A stretch of 64,000 nucleotides of DNA from Flavobacteriales bacterium (GTDB lineage: Bacteria; Bacteroidota; Bacteroidia; Flavobacteriales; UBA7430). The notes beneath the pieces were generated by a model. It saw nothing but the letters and a program-made list of their open reading frames with translations, did not search any database and was not told the origin of the DNA. A program made the position numbers and the translations under genes. Within the stretch, counting starts at the first letter, position 1; every line of letters starts with the position of its first letter. Of this stretch, positions 8,808 to 19,930 are shown piece by piece. The DNA lies in the NCBI GenBank assembly GCA_022425195.1, contig JAKMFX010000012.1:52160-116159 (forward strand), written 5' to 3'.

Positions 8808-10634
8808 TTACTTTTTGCTTTTTGCTTCTTGCTGTTCTTTCATCATTTTTTCCAAACGAGCTTGAAACTTTGATTTACCTTTCTTTGGAGCCTGCTGTTT
8901 ATTCTCTTCCATCTTGGCCAATAGCGCAGAGTCATCAGTCATTCCCGTGATGATTTTTTGCTGAGCAAAAGTGATTAGATTGGCCAAGAAGTAATAATAA
9001 CTCAAAGCCGCAGCATAATTATTCATCACGCCAAGGAATATAACAGGCATGAAATACATCATGTATTTCATTTGAGGCATTTGTGAATTAGAAGGGGACA
9101 TACTCGTACTGTATTTCATCTGTAAAACCGTAGTAGCCGTCATCAAAAGGGTAAATAAACTCACGTGATCACCATAAAATGGAATGCTGAAGCCCAAGTC
9201 AAGAATAGAGTCGTAAGTCGATAAATCGTTGGCCCAAAGAAAACTCTGCTGACGCAATTCAATTGATGAAGGGAAGAATCGAAATAAGGCAAATAAGATC
9301 GGCATCTGAAACAACATCGGAATGCACCCGCCCAAAGGGCTTACACCCGTCTCCTTATACAAAGCCATCATCTCCTGCTGACGCTTCATTTTATCCTCAT
9401 ACTTCTCATTGATGGCGTCTACCTGTGGTTTTAAAACACGCATCTTTGCCATTGATGTGTATGACTTATAGGTAAATGGAAACAATGCAATTTTAATCAA
9501 TAAGGCCATCATTAAAATGATCACTCCATAACCAAAGCCCCAATTTTCAAAAGCATTGAAAATATTAATCACAACGTACTTGTTGATCCAACCGATGAAG
9601 CTCCACCCTAAAGGAACCAGTTCCTCCAGACCAATACCATAAGATTTAAGCGTCTTTACATGGTTCGGAACAAAATACCACTCCATAGCATAAGACTGTG
9701 AACCTCCATTGAAATTAATTTCGGTAGAAGCATTGACTGTTTTCAAGTAATTTTCTGAACCAGAATGCTCCTCTGTACTCAGTAGAATTTCTTTGAATAA
9801 ACCTTTGGTTGTTAGGACTGTAGAGAAATACTGTGATTTAAATGCAATCCAGTCTGGATTTAAAACGCGTTCAGAATCGTCAGAGGTCACAGACAAGTCG
9901 TCTACCTCACCATCTATGATATAATAAGCCGAAGTGTTCATCGACTCATTGTCCTTATTTAATTCTTGTCTTGGAATCTTTACAGACCAATCAAGTTCTA
10001 TAGGATTTTGAGGCTGAATGATATCGTTTAAACCTATGATATTAATGGTGTAGTCAACTTTATAGGTGTTAGGCGCTAAAGAATATACAAATTCAAGATA
10101 CTTTCCCTCTTGTACATTCAAACGCATAGATACAGATTCGCTATCACCAAATTGAGAAGCTGTAGATTCGAATGTGAAATCGGAAGTTTGTAGCCGGCGA
10201 TTTTGGGACCAAAAAGTTAAGTCAAAGCGTGACGAGTCTTCGCGTAATAAGTTTAAGGGAAGGGAGTCGTAAGTTTGATATTCTTTGAGGTAAACACTTG
10301 TAACCCTACCTCCTTTTGCGGCCAGTTCAACTTTTATTAAATCGTTTTCTAGGTATATTTTTTCTGAAAGATCTTCAACTGCTGCAGCCTGAGCAAATGC
10401 ACCATAAACTTCTTGTAGGTCAGAAGAAACTGAGTTGGAACTACTTTCTAAAGAAACATCATTTGCCTCTACTTCTACAGGAGAAGTCGTTGATGCTTCA
10501 ACTTGCTCAGTGATCGCTTGATTTTGGCTTTCAACTATATCTGCTTGGTTGTTTAAAAACCAAAATAGGACAATACCAATTAAGGCAAATCCAATCACCG
10601 AATTATAATCGGTCTTTTTTTCTTGCTGTAACAT
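8808..10634 (-). CDS. yidC: Membrane protein insertase YidC (long Bacteroidota form)
   Basis: N-terminal TM helix, large periplasmic P1 domain, a C-terminal 60-kDa IMP core (...GCIPMLFQMPILFALF...), and a basic tail. Confidence 0.95.
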   Translation of the reverse strand: MLQQEKKTDYNSVIGFALIGIVLFWFLNNQADIVESQNQAITEQVEASTTSPVEVEANDVSLESSSNSVSSDLQEVYGAFAQAAAVEDLSEKIYLENDLIKVELAAKGGRVTSVYLKEYQTYDSLPLNLLREDSSRFDLTFWSQNRRLQTSDFTFESTASQFGDSESVSMRLNVQEGKYLEFVYSLAPNTYKVDYTINIIGLNDIIQPQNPIELDWSVKIPRQELNKDNESMNTSAYYIIDGEVDDLSVTSDDSERVLNPDWIAFKSQYFSTVLTTKGLFKEILLSTEEHSGSENYLKTVNASTEINFNGGSQSYAMEWYFVPNHVKTLKSYGIGLEELVPLGWSFIGWINKYVVINIFNAFENWGFGYGVIILMMALLIKIALFPFTYKSYTSMAKMRVLKPQVDAINEKYEDKMKRQQEMMALYKETGVSPLGGCIPMLFQMPILFALFRFFPSSIELRQQSFLWANDLSTYDSILDLGFSIPFYGDHVSLFTLLMTATTVLQMKYSTSMSPSNSQMPQMKYMMYFMPVIFLGVMNNYAAALSYYYFLANLITFAQQKIITGMTDDSALLAKMEENKQQAPKKGKSKFQARLEKMMKEQQEAKSKK

Positions 10635-10638
10635 TTAT

Positions 10639-12312
<1,674 letters not shown>

Positions 12313-12486
12313 TTAGACAGAGGTAGGATTTTGATTTTTTTTGAAACAAGCTTTATAGGTCTACAAAACACCAAAATCTAAGCTCGAAGATGATGAAATG
12401 GAATTCTCAAATACAAGAATTTCATTTTCTTTATTGACGATAAAACCTCAAGGGTAAAGTTCAGTTACGACTCACGATTTCTTTAA

Positions 12487-12521
12487 AACAAAAAGAGAGT
12501 TCTTTTAGAACTCTCTTTTTG
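12487..12521 (-). terminator. Hairpin terminator downstream of the 50-aa ORF
   Basis: aaaagagagttc-tttta-gaactctctttt: perfect 12-bp arms with flanking A and T runs, 19 nt after the small ORF's stop. Confidence 0.7.
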
Positions 12522-12539
12522 TATGAACGGTATCAGCAA

Positions 12540-12692
12540 TTAGCTTCCGCAAGCTTCACAATCTGGATTATCTACAGAACAAGCCTGTGGTTGTTCTTTA
12601 TCTTCCAGGTCATTTAACCATGAAGAAAACGAATCTTCTTCGTTATTGGCTTGAGCGGCATTTAGCTTTTCCTGTGCTTTATTGTCAGACAT
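12540..12692 (-). CDS. Small acidic Cys-rich protein, 50 aa (below the ORF-track cutoff)
   Basis: My translation is MSDNKAQEKLNAAQANNEEDSFSSWLNDLEDKEQPQACSVDNPDCEACGS*. It has an ATG start and a TAA stop, a dedicated terminator, and sits alone in a 780-nt gap between pyrG and holA. Confidence 0.5.
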   Translation of the reverse strand: MSDNKAQEKLNAAQANNEEDSFSSWLNDLEDKEQPQACSVDNPDCEACGS

Positions 12693-13004
12693 AACAGTAA
12701 TTTTTAGTGATCAATCGTTTTAGCTTTTTATAAAGTTATTGATTTCTTCTTCCAAATCACAATGGCTTACCTATTCTTATTAACATATGAAAAAGCTTGT
12801 TTTTTCTCACTTTTTAGGCAGTTATGAACGATTTTATTACAAAAAAGACAAAGCTTGAGATGTTATGTGTACAATACCAATACCCGAGATCAAGGGTCAT
12901 TGGTATCGGAAAATGAAATATATGGGAAACACTTGGGTGTCTTCTTAAAGAACTGTTGGCATCCATTTTTAAAAGCTAAGCACCAAAGAAAATCATTAAA
13001 AGTC

Positions 13005-13012
13005 TATATTTG
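13005..13012 (+). promoter_or_regulatory. Candidate -7 promoter box (TAnnTTTG) for holA
   Basis: TATATTTG lies 16 nt upstream of the ATG at 13029. Confidence 0.4.
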
Positions 13013-13028
13013 TTGCAATTGATATTTC

Positions 13029-14030
13029 ATGACACACGAACAAATCATAGCGAACTTAAAGGCAAAGAAATACGCAACCACCTATTTCCTTGCTGGTGAA
13101 GAGACCTTCTATATAGACTTGATATGCGACTATATAGAAAAAAACGTACTCAGTGAAGGTGAAAAAGCCTTCAATCAAACCGTTCTTTATGGAAGAGATG
13201 TAGAAGTCACTTCATTGTTGGCATCTGCAAAACAATTCCCAATGATGGCTGAAAATACCGTCATCATCGTGAAAGAAGCTCAAGATGTGAAGAAAATCGA
13301 CTTGTTGAAATCATACGTAGATCAGCCCCTTGAAAGTACACTATTGGTTTTATGTTACCGAGGTAAGAAATTAGACAAGCGAAAAGCACTTTATAAAAGT
13401 GTTCAGAAGAAGGGAGTCTATTTTGAAAGTAATAGACTCTATGAAAATAAAATCCCCGAATGGATTAAAGGATACCTTAGAACTAAAGACTACAGTATCG
13501 GCAACAAGTCTGCAGCAATGCTTACTGATTTTTTGGGGAATGACTTATCTAAAATTGCGGGAGAGCTCGATAAGCTATGCATACTCACAGCCAAAAAATC
13601 AGAAATTACCGAGCAACTCATAGAAGACAATATTGGAATCAGTAAAGACTTTAACAATTTTGAGCTTCAGAATGCAATCATGAACAAAGATGTCTTTAAA
13701 GCGAACCAGATTATAAAATACTTCGAAGCCAACCCGAGAAACAACCCTATTGTCGTTACACTATCTGTTCTTTATAATTTATTTAGTAAGGTGCTCATTT
13801 ATCATGGTCTGAAGGATAAAAACCCACAAACCGTAGCCAGAAGCTTAGGCGTAAACCCCTATTTTGTGAAAGACTATCAAAAGGCTGCCCAATGCTATAA
13901 TCTGAAAAAATCTGTACAGGCTTTGGATGCCCTGCGAGAAGCCGACATGAAGTCCAAAGGATACAATAACCCATCTACACCTCATAGTGAACTGATGAAA
14001 GAGCTTGTCTTCAAGTTATGCCATTCCTAA
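13029..14030 (+). CDS. holA: DNA polymerase III delta subunit
   Basis: The length is right, and YFLAGEETFYID... together with the C-terminal helical domain pattern is typical of HolA. Confidence 0.85.
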   Translation: MTHEQIIANLKAKKYATTYFLAGEETFYIDLICDYIEKNVLSEGEKAFNQTVLYGRDVEVTSLLASAKQFPMMAENTVIIVKEAQDVKKIDLLKSYVDQPLESTLLVLCYRGKKLDKRKALYKSVQKKGVYFESNRLYENKIPEWIKGYLRTKDYSIGNKSAAMLTDFLGNDLSKIAGELDKLCILTAKKSEITEQLIEDNIGISKDFNNFELQNAIMNKDVFKANQIIKYFEANPRNNPIVVTLSVLYNLFSKVLIYHGLKDKNPQTVARSLGVNPYFVKDYQKAAQCYNLKKSVQALDALREADMKSKGYNNPSTPHSELMKELVFKLCHS

Positions 14031-14058
14031 AGCCCCACTATCTTTTTTCTTGACTTGA

Positions 14059-14499
14059 ATGCAAAAACTCAACCTACCATCTTATCCAATTAAGCTCAAA
14101 CGGGAAAATGACAAAACCCTAGTACTTGACCCCATTCGTAAAAGGTACATTGTAAACACTCCTGAAGAGTGGGTTCGACAGAACTTCATTCAATTTCTTA
14201 TTCAGGAAAAGGGATACCCTGCTTCTTTAATGGCCGTGGAGAAGGGTATTGTCGTTGGTAAAACAAAAAAACGTTGTGACATTGTACTCTATGACAACAA
14301 AGGTATTGCAAAAATGATTGTTGAATGCAAAGCTCCATCGATAAACATCTCTCAGGATGCATTCGATCAAATCGCCAGATACAACATGACCCTGAACACA
14401 GATCTTCTTATTGTTACCAATGGCATGCATCACTATACATGCAAGATGGATCATGAAAATCAACGATATCAATTCTTGAAAGAAATTCCGAACTATTAA
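14059..14499 (+). CDS. Type I restriction enzyme HsdR N-terminal (PD-(D/E)xK-like) domain protein, stand-alone
   Basis: 146 aa with ...EEWVRQNFIQFL...RCDIVLYD...MIVECK..., a nuclease-like D...ExK core. Confidence 0.7.
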   Translation: MQKLNLPSYPIKLKRENDKTLVLDPIRKRYIVNTPEEWVRQNFIQFLIQEKGYPASLMAVEKGIVVGKTKKRCDIVLYDNKGIAKMIVECKAPSINISQDAFDQIARYNMTLNTDLLIVTNGMHHYTCKMDHENQRYQFLKEIPNY

Positions 14500-14587
14500 G
14501 GTTTCTAAAACTTTTCGGCATCGTAGTTATAGATCAAAAAATAAAAGAATCACTCAATAGGAGCCTCAGAGTTTTTCTTGTTGGAGT

Positions 14588-15328
14588 TTAGATCTCCTCC
14601 ATAACATAGGTCTCTACCCAACCTATCATACCATCAGACAATTTGATTTTTGACCAATCGTTAAATGCTTCCAAAACCTGAATTTTAGTCCCTTCATGTA
14701 AAATAAATAGGTCCTCACTCTGGGAGGATGGTGCACTCTTTACGTATGCATTTGCTTGCATTAAAACCGCTTCAATTGTCGAGGTTCTATAGCTGTAATA
14801 AGCCAATGCTAGTGAAGACAAGCTTATTAAAAAAGAACAAATAGAAATCGTAAAAGCCCTCTTTTTTAAACGATATGACTTCGCAAAGAGAAACAGAACG
14901 AAGAAAAGACCAAATAGAAATAGAAAGAACAAACCAAACTTAGCCCATTGATCTATAGACAAACTCTTTTTTATGGTTTCCATCCACTTTTGATAAAATA
15001 CCATCGGCACCACTGCCAGCTTGTCAACCAGTTGCAGTTGGACTAATTTTAAATTAAAGAGTGCGTCCTCGTCAGATGGCTTTAATTTTAAGGCTTTTTC
15101 ATAGTACAAAACCGACTCACCAATCTGCTGTAATTTGTAATGGCAGTTTGCAATGTTGTAATACAAATCCGATGAAAACAATCCGAGAGCTTCAATTTGG
15201 CTGTAGGTATTGAGGGCCATTTCATACTCCTGTTGCTCATAATGTAAAGCGGCCTCATCAAAAAGACCCTGTGGGTCCTTTGCATAAACCGCAGAACTGA
15301 ATAATATTATCGCTATAAATAATCTCAT
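14588..15328 (-). CDS. batE: BatE-like TPR + C-terminal SH3 domain membrane protein
   Basis: Signal peptide, TPR pair (YYNIANCHYKLQQIGESVLYYEKALKLKP), TM helices and an SH3-like end (WSKIKLSDGMIGWV). It is the last gene of the Bat operon. Confidence 0.6.
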   Translation of the reverse strand: MRLFIAIILFSSAVYAKDPQGLFDEAALHYEQQEYEMALNTYSQIEALGLFSSDLYYNIANCHYKLQQIGESVLYYEKALKLKPSDEDALFNLKLVQLQLVDKLAVVPMVFYQKWMETIKKSLSIDQWAKFGLFFLFLFGLFFVLFLFAKSYRLKKRAFTISICSFLISLSSLALAYYSYRTSTIEAVLMQANAYVKSAPSSQSEDLFILHEGTKIQVLEAFNDWSKIKLSDGMIGWVETYVMEEI

Positions 15329-15334
15329 GATTTC

Positions 15335-17074
15335 CTAATTTTCTAGACGCTCAATAACGTTTTTCGTTTTGTCTAACAAAGCTTTGACCTGTTGATTGTC
15401 ATCTGAGTATACATTGGTGAAACGAGCCATTTCACAAGTTTCAAGAATGCTTACTACATCATTGACGAGTGTTGGTTCGAACTTGTTCTTAAGGAGTAGC
15501 TCTTCAATCACATCTTTGTCAAATTGAGAACGATTCAATCCCCATCTTTTTTGAAAGTACATCTGAAATGCCAACTGAATGGATGTGTGAACAGAATCAG
15601 CATCTGATTCTAATACACGAAAAGCTTGCTTCATAGCACCTCCCCTTTTCCACTTCTTAAAATCTATAATGGATTTACTGAGTAGATAGGCAATGAGTAG
15701 CGCCATGATTACCACGGAAATGAGAGAAATCAAAACCGTCTTATACAAAACGGATCCAAAAAACATGTCTTTCGAGCTTTTCAAGTCTCCCGGAGAAGTT
15801 TTGATGTACAGTATATCCTTACCGATGAAAGAAACGTCTTCTTTGGTGATGTTATTGACAATTAAAGTACCAGTAGAACTGTTCATTTCACCCTCTACAT
15901 TTAATGTGTATGAAGGCTTATCTACAGTAATGTACCTTTTACTTATGGGGTTGAAATAGTTAAAGCTGCCTACACTCACTTTATAATCTCCTTTATTTCT
16001 GGGAATCAATAAATGCTCTACACGCTTATAACCCGACAAACCCACTTCCTGAAGACTAATACGCTCTTTAAACTTTGGTTCATAGGCCTCTAAATCATTA
16101 GGGATCCTGATCTCAGGAAGATCAATCATTCTCAAATTACCGGTACCTGAAATGCGCATCGAAAGTGTGGCAGATTCATTTGTTTGTATCGAATCGCGAT
16201 CTAAGCGGGTCGTAAACTCAAAATCACCTATGGCACCAGAAAAATCCACCGGCTTACCCTCTAAAGGCAATTGCTTAACATTCAATTCTCTCACTCCCGA
16301 AGAACATATTACATTCACCAAACGGGACTGTATTCTACCAAAAAAGTCCCTTTGATTGGTCGGTATGGCAACGGGAACTTCGAGGTCCATGGCCTCTAAA
16401 GTTAATGTCCCTGAACGCTGAGGTATTAAAACCAATTTTTTTAAGGTGGCTACTTTGAAAAGCCTTCCCTCTTTTTGAACTTGTTGAATGGGATAATTTT
16501 CACCTAAGTCATAATCTTCATGCCAAAACCCCGTAAAAGAAGGGTTTTTAATTAGCTCTGGAGATCTTACCTCTTGGGAGAAATAGAGCTTATAAGTGGC
16601 AATTACTTGCTCCCCAACATAGGGATTAGAATTACTCAACTCTAACTTTAAGAATACATTTTTTCTGGCATTTACCTCCGGACTTGATTGGGTAGTGAGT
16701 AAGGGTGATGATTTCAGTACTTGAATAGAAACCCGTCCGGACCGATATTGTTTACCTTTTACTTGTATCGATGCAGCGCCGATGGTAAACACACCCACCT
16801 TTTTGGCACGTAAATAATACGTAAATGATTTCTCGCGGGATACTTTTCCATTAATGATGGAAGTACTTGATGAGGTACTTGGTCCGGATAAAACAGAAAA
16901 GTCAGAAAAATCTGGAGCCGAAAATCGATCTCCCCCATCATTGATCGTGTAGGTTAGACTAAATCGCTCGTTAAGCCCTACCTTATTTTTATTTACCGAT
17001 GCAGTAAATGATACTTGTGCAATAAGCAAACAAGTAGGAACAAGGAAGGATATTAAAAATAAATACTTTTTCAT
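15335..17074 (-). CDS. batD: BatD (oxygen-tolerance) family protein
   Basis: Signal peptide MKKYLFLISFLVPTCLLIAQ, repeated Ig-like BatD modules and a C-terminal TM helix. The ATG at 17074 is preferred over the TTG at 17089. Confidence 0.7.
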   Translation of the reverse strand: MKKYLFLISFLVPTCLLIAQVSFTASVNKNKVGLNERFSLTYTINDGGDRFSAPDFSDFSVLSGPSTSSSTSIINGKVSREKSFTYYLRAKKVGVFTIGAASIQVKGKQYRSGRVSIQVLKSSPLLTTQSSPEVNARKNVFLKLELSNSNPYVGEQVIATYKLYFSQEVRSPELIKNPSFTGFWHEDYDLGENYPIQQVQKEGRLFKVATLKKLVLIPQRSGTLTLEAMDLEVPVAIPTNQRDFFGRIQSRLVNVICSSGVRELNVKQLPLEGKPVDFSGAIGDFEFTTRLDRDSIQTNESATLSMRISGTGNLRMIDLPEIRIPNDLEAYEPKFKERISLQEVGLSGYKRVEHLLIPRNKGDYKVSVGSFNYFNPISKRYITVDKPSYTLNVEGEMNSSTGTLIVNNITKEDVSFIGKDILYIKTSPGDLKSSKDMFFGSVLYKTVLISLISVVIMALLIAYLLSKSIIDFKKWKRGGAMKQAFRVLESDADSVHTSIQLAFQMYFQKRWGLNRSQFDKDVIEELLLKNKFEPTLVNDVVSILETCEMARFTNVYSDDNQQVKALLDKTKNVIERLEN

Positions 17075-17082
17075 TTCTGTCT

Positions 17083-17904
17083 TTACCAATCTTTTTCAAT
17101 TTTCACTTGAGCACCTTTCAATTTATGCCTTTTCATTTTCTCTTGAACTTGATCTTCTTGCTGACCTAAGGCCTCAAGCAATCTTTGGGCTTCTTCGGGG
17201 CTCAACTTATTCTCAGAGGGCTTTGGTGAGGGTCCCTCCTTCTCATCATCAGCATCGTCACCATCCGTTTGCCCTTTGTCATTTTGCTCTTTGTCGTCTG
17301 ACTCACCTTCATCCTTGTCAGAACCCTCTTGGTCTTTATTATCTGAGTCTTCTTGAGGGTCATTATTGTCTTGGGAATCTGAAGAAGGATCCTCATTATT
17401 ATCCTCCTTATCACCCTCATTTTGTTGGTCTTGATTTTGCTCTTGCTCCTGATCTTGTTGTTGTTGTTGTTGTTCAAGCTGTCTTTTTACAAAAGCATAA
17501 TTGTATCGTGCCTGTTCATCTTTGGGATCAATTCTTAAGGAAGATTTAAAAGACTCGAGTGCGCCTTCTAAATCCTGTTGAGAAAGCAGAACATTCCCCT
17601 TATTATACAGAGCATTTGCTTTGAGAAAAGGGTCTTCAGTGAGTTCACTCACCATATCAAAAGACGCTAGGGCTTCCTCATATCGTTCTTGTCTGGCAAG
17701 CGCATCACCGAGGTTAAACTGAGCTTCTAATAAATCTCCATTTTTATTGAGTGCTTTCTTATATTGGATTTCAGCATCAACAAAATTCCCCGATTCATAC
17801 TGGGTATTTCCCTTGCGAGTCATTTTTCTTTCTGACTGAGCCATTGCTCCCAAAGAAAAAGAGAACACATAAATAACAAAAAAGAGTTTTCTAAGCGACA
17901 TCAT
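17083..17904 (-). CDS. batC: BatC-like TPR protein with a long acidic Gln/Asp/Glu-rich tail
   Basis: Signal peptide and three TPR-like repeats, followed by QQQQQQDQEQEQNQDQQNEGDKEDNNED...DDADDEKE. Confidence 0.7.
   Translation of the reverse strand: MMSLRKLFFVIYVFSFSLGAMAQSERKMTRKGNTQYESGNFVDAEIQYKKALNKNGDLLEAQFNLGDALARQERYEEALASFDMVSELTEDPFLKANALYNKGNVLLSQQDLEGALESFKSSLRIDPKDEQARYNYAFVKRQLEQQQQQQDQEQEQNQDQQNEGDKEDNNEDPSSDSQDNNDPQEDSDNKDQEGSDKDEGESDDKEQNDKGQTDGDDADDEKEGPSPKPSENKLSPEEAQRLLEALGQQEDQVQEKMKRHKLKGAQVKIEKDW
17455..17472 (-). repeat. (CAA)6 trinucleotide tract encoding Gln6 in batC
   Basis: ttgttgttgttgttgttg on the plus strand. Confidence 0.9.
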
Positions 17905-18932
17905 CCAAATAATTTAATTTTTCTCAACCAAAGTGATTTTCTATTGGGCACCATCAGATCCAAAGTGAAAAAGAAAAGAGCAAGAGCCAAGAACCACTGA
18001 AATTGATCTTCATGGTCTGTATACATTTCTGTTTCAGACTCCACTTTTTCCATTTTTGATAATGAATTATTTACGAATGTAATCACTTCTTTTGTATTGA
18101 AACCATCCATGAAACTCCCTCCAGTATGGGCAGACAATTGTTGTAACATATCAGGATCCATTTTCGTAACAACAACCTGATCATCTTTATCTTTCTTATA
18201 GGCTTTTATGATCCCATTGCGTTTTATGGGGATGGGAGCACCCTCAAGAGTTCCTATCCCAATAGAATGAATGACAATACCATTTTTAGAGGCTAATTCA
18301 CCTGCATCTGCAATACCTTCCTCGTGACTTTCACCATCAGAAAGTACAAACAATACCCTATTTTGCTTCTCTCCACTTTCGAAATAACTTAGAGCCATTT
18401 CGACAGCACTGCCTATATCGGTTCCTTGGGTGGGAACCATGTCAGTATCAATGGTCCTCAAAAACATTTTAGCCGCTGCATAATCAGTGGTAAGTGGGAG
18501 TTGAGCATAGGCCTTTCCGGCGTAAACAATAATTCCTATTCTATCATTTACCAGTCCGTCAATGGCTTTTGAAAGGATTTGTTTTCCTTTGAGTATCCTA
18601 CTGGGAGATACATCTTCAGCCAACATACTTTTGGAAACATCAATGGCAAAAACAACGTCAACCCCCTTCCTAGTAATGGTTTCAATCCGAGTGCCTATTT
18701 TTGGGTTGACCAAGGCAATGACTAAACAAATTAAACCCAGAATACGAAAAACGTTTTTTAAGACCGGCTTTCGTTTTGAACGATTGGGATGAATCTGATT
18801 CCAAAGGGCAGCATCTGCTACCTCCAGGCGCTTCTTATTTCGCCAATAACGAAACCTAAAATAGCATATCCACACCAACAATGGAAGTAGGAATAAATAC
18901 TGATAATGGGGATTTCCTAAATCAAACATCAA
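17901..18932 (-). CDS. batB: BatB, von Willebrand factor A domain membrane protein
   Basis: N-terminal TM helices and a VWA MIDAS motif (DVVFAIDVSKSM...). It overlaps batC by 4 nt (ATGA). Confidence 0.8.
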   Translation of the reverse strand: MMFDLGNPHYQYLFLLPLLVWICYFRFRYWRNKKRLEVADAALWNQIHPNRSKRKPVLKNVFRILGLICLVIALVNPKIGTRIETITRKGVDVVFAIDVSKSMLAEDVSPSRILKGKQILSKAIDGLVNDRIGIIVYAGKAYAQLPLTTDYAAAKMFLRTIDTDMVPTQGTDIGSAVEMALSYFESGEKQNRVLFVLSDGESHEEGIADAGELASKNGIVIHSIGIGTLEGAPIPIKRNGIIKAYKKDKDDQVVVTKMDPDMLQQLSAHTGGSFMDGFNTKEVITFVNNSLSKMEKVESETEMYTDHEDQFQWFLALALFFFTLDLMVPNRKSLWLRKIKLFG

Positions 18933-19930
18933 GCAATAGATTTTAAAAGGGTGTATTGAAGTACAAATTCAAAAAACAACAACAGTAGAGCTATGAGAGC
19001 AAAAATCGAAAATTTCTCTTGGTAATTATAGTATTTCAACTCCTCAATTTCGGTTTTCTCTAAAGTCTCAATTTGCTCATAAATCTGCGCCAATTTATCT
19101 TTATTGTTGGCTCGAAAATACATTCCGCCTGTAGCCTCAGCAATATCGATCAGTAATTCTTCATCAATCTTCACCTGGACATTTGCATAGGTAGACCGAC
19201 CCCAAATATCCTTGGTAGGATAAGGAGCTGTTCCATAAGAACCGACACCAACCGTATAAACTTTTACCGCATACTCTTCCGCCAGTTCAACCGCAGTCAT
19301 AGGGTCAATGAACCCACTGTTATTTTCACCATCCGTCAAAAGTATAATCACTTTACTCTCTGCCATACTATCTTTTAACCTAGACACCGATGTGGCCAAG
19401 CCCATTCCTATTGCAGTTCCATCCTCAATCAAACCATCTTTAACATCTTTCAAAAGGTTTTTAACAACGGTATGATCTGTCGTTAAGGGACATTGCGTAA
19501 AACTCTCACCAGCATATACGACCAATCCGAATCGATCTGAGGGTCTACCCGAAATAAAATCGTGCGCAACTTGCTTAGCCGCTTGAAGTCTGTTGGGTTT
19601 GAAATCTTCTGCCAGCATACTTGTAGAAACATCCATGGCAATGACAATATCAATCCCTTCCCTACTCAGTGTCTCTGTACTCACCTCTGTTGTTTGTGGG
19701 CGCGCCAATCCTATAATTAGGGCAGACATCGCAATACATCGTGTGAACCACAATACATGCTTTAAAATCACTTTCCAATTCCATTTCTTTTCAATAAGAT
19801 AGCCTGAAGACCAAAGAATAGGAGCATTTCTCTTTTTGTTTCTGAAAAACTGCCAAGCCATCATGATCGGAATGGCAAAAAGTAAATACAAAAACTCTGG
19901 ATTTAAAAACTCTATATCATCAAACATCAC
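18929..19930 (-). CDS. batA: BatA, von Willebrand factor A domain membrane protein
   Basis: The MMFDD...NPEFLYLL N-terminus is paralogous to BatB. It has a MIDAS motif (DIVIAMDVSTSM) and a C-terminal TM helix, and overlaps batB by 4 nt. Confidence 0.8.
   Translation of the reverse strand: MMFDDIEFLNPEFLYLLFAIPIMMAWQFFRNKKRNAPILWSSGYLIEKKWNWKVILKHVLWFTRCIAMSALIIGLARPQTTEVSTETLSREGIDIVIAMDVSTSMLAEDFKPNRLQAAKQVAHDFISGRPSDRFGLVVYAGESFTQCPLTTDHTVVKNLLKDVKDGLIEDGTAIGMGLATSVSRLKDSMAESKVIILLTDGENNSGFIDPMTAVELAEEYAVKVYTVGVGSYGTAPYPTKDIWGRSTYANVQVKIDEELLIDIAEATGGMYFRANNKDKLAQIYEQIETLEKTEIEELKYYNYQEKFSIFALIALLLLFFEFVLQYTLLKSIA

Noticed and set aside
12868-12900. Imperfect stem-loop (accaataccc...gggtcattggt) in the pyrG-holA spacer, considered as a possible small RNA
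   Set aside because: The stem has a bulge and no following T run, and there is no adjacent promoter box. The evidence is insufficient from sequence alone.
17223-17549. 108-aa plus-strand ORF and 91-aa minus-strand ORF (17202-17477) within batC
   Set aside because: The low-complexity (GAT/GAA/CAA)-rich DNA keeps several frames open. Only the BatC frame has a signal peptide, TPR motifs and operon coupling.
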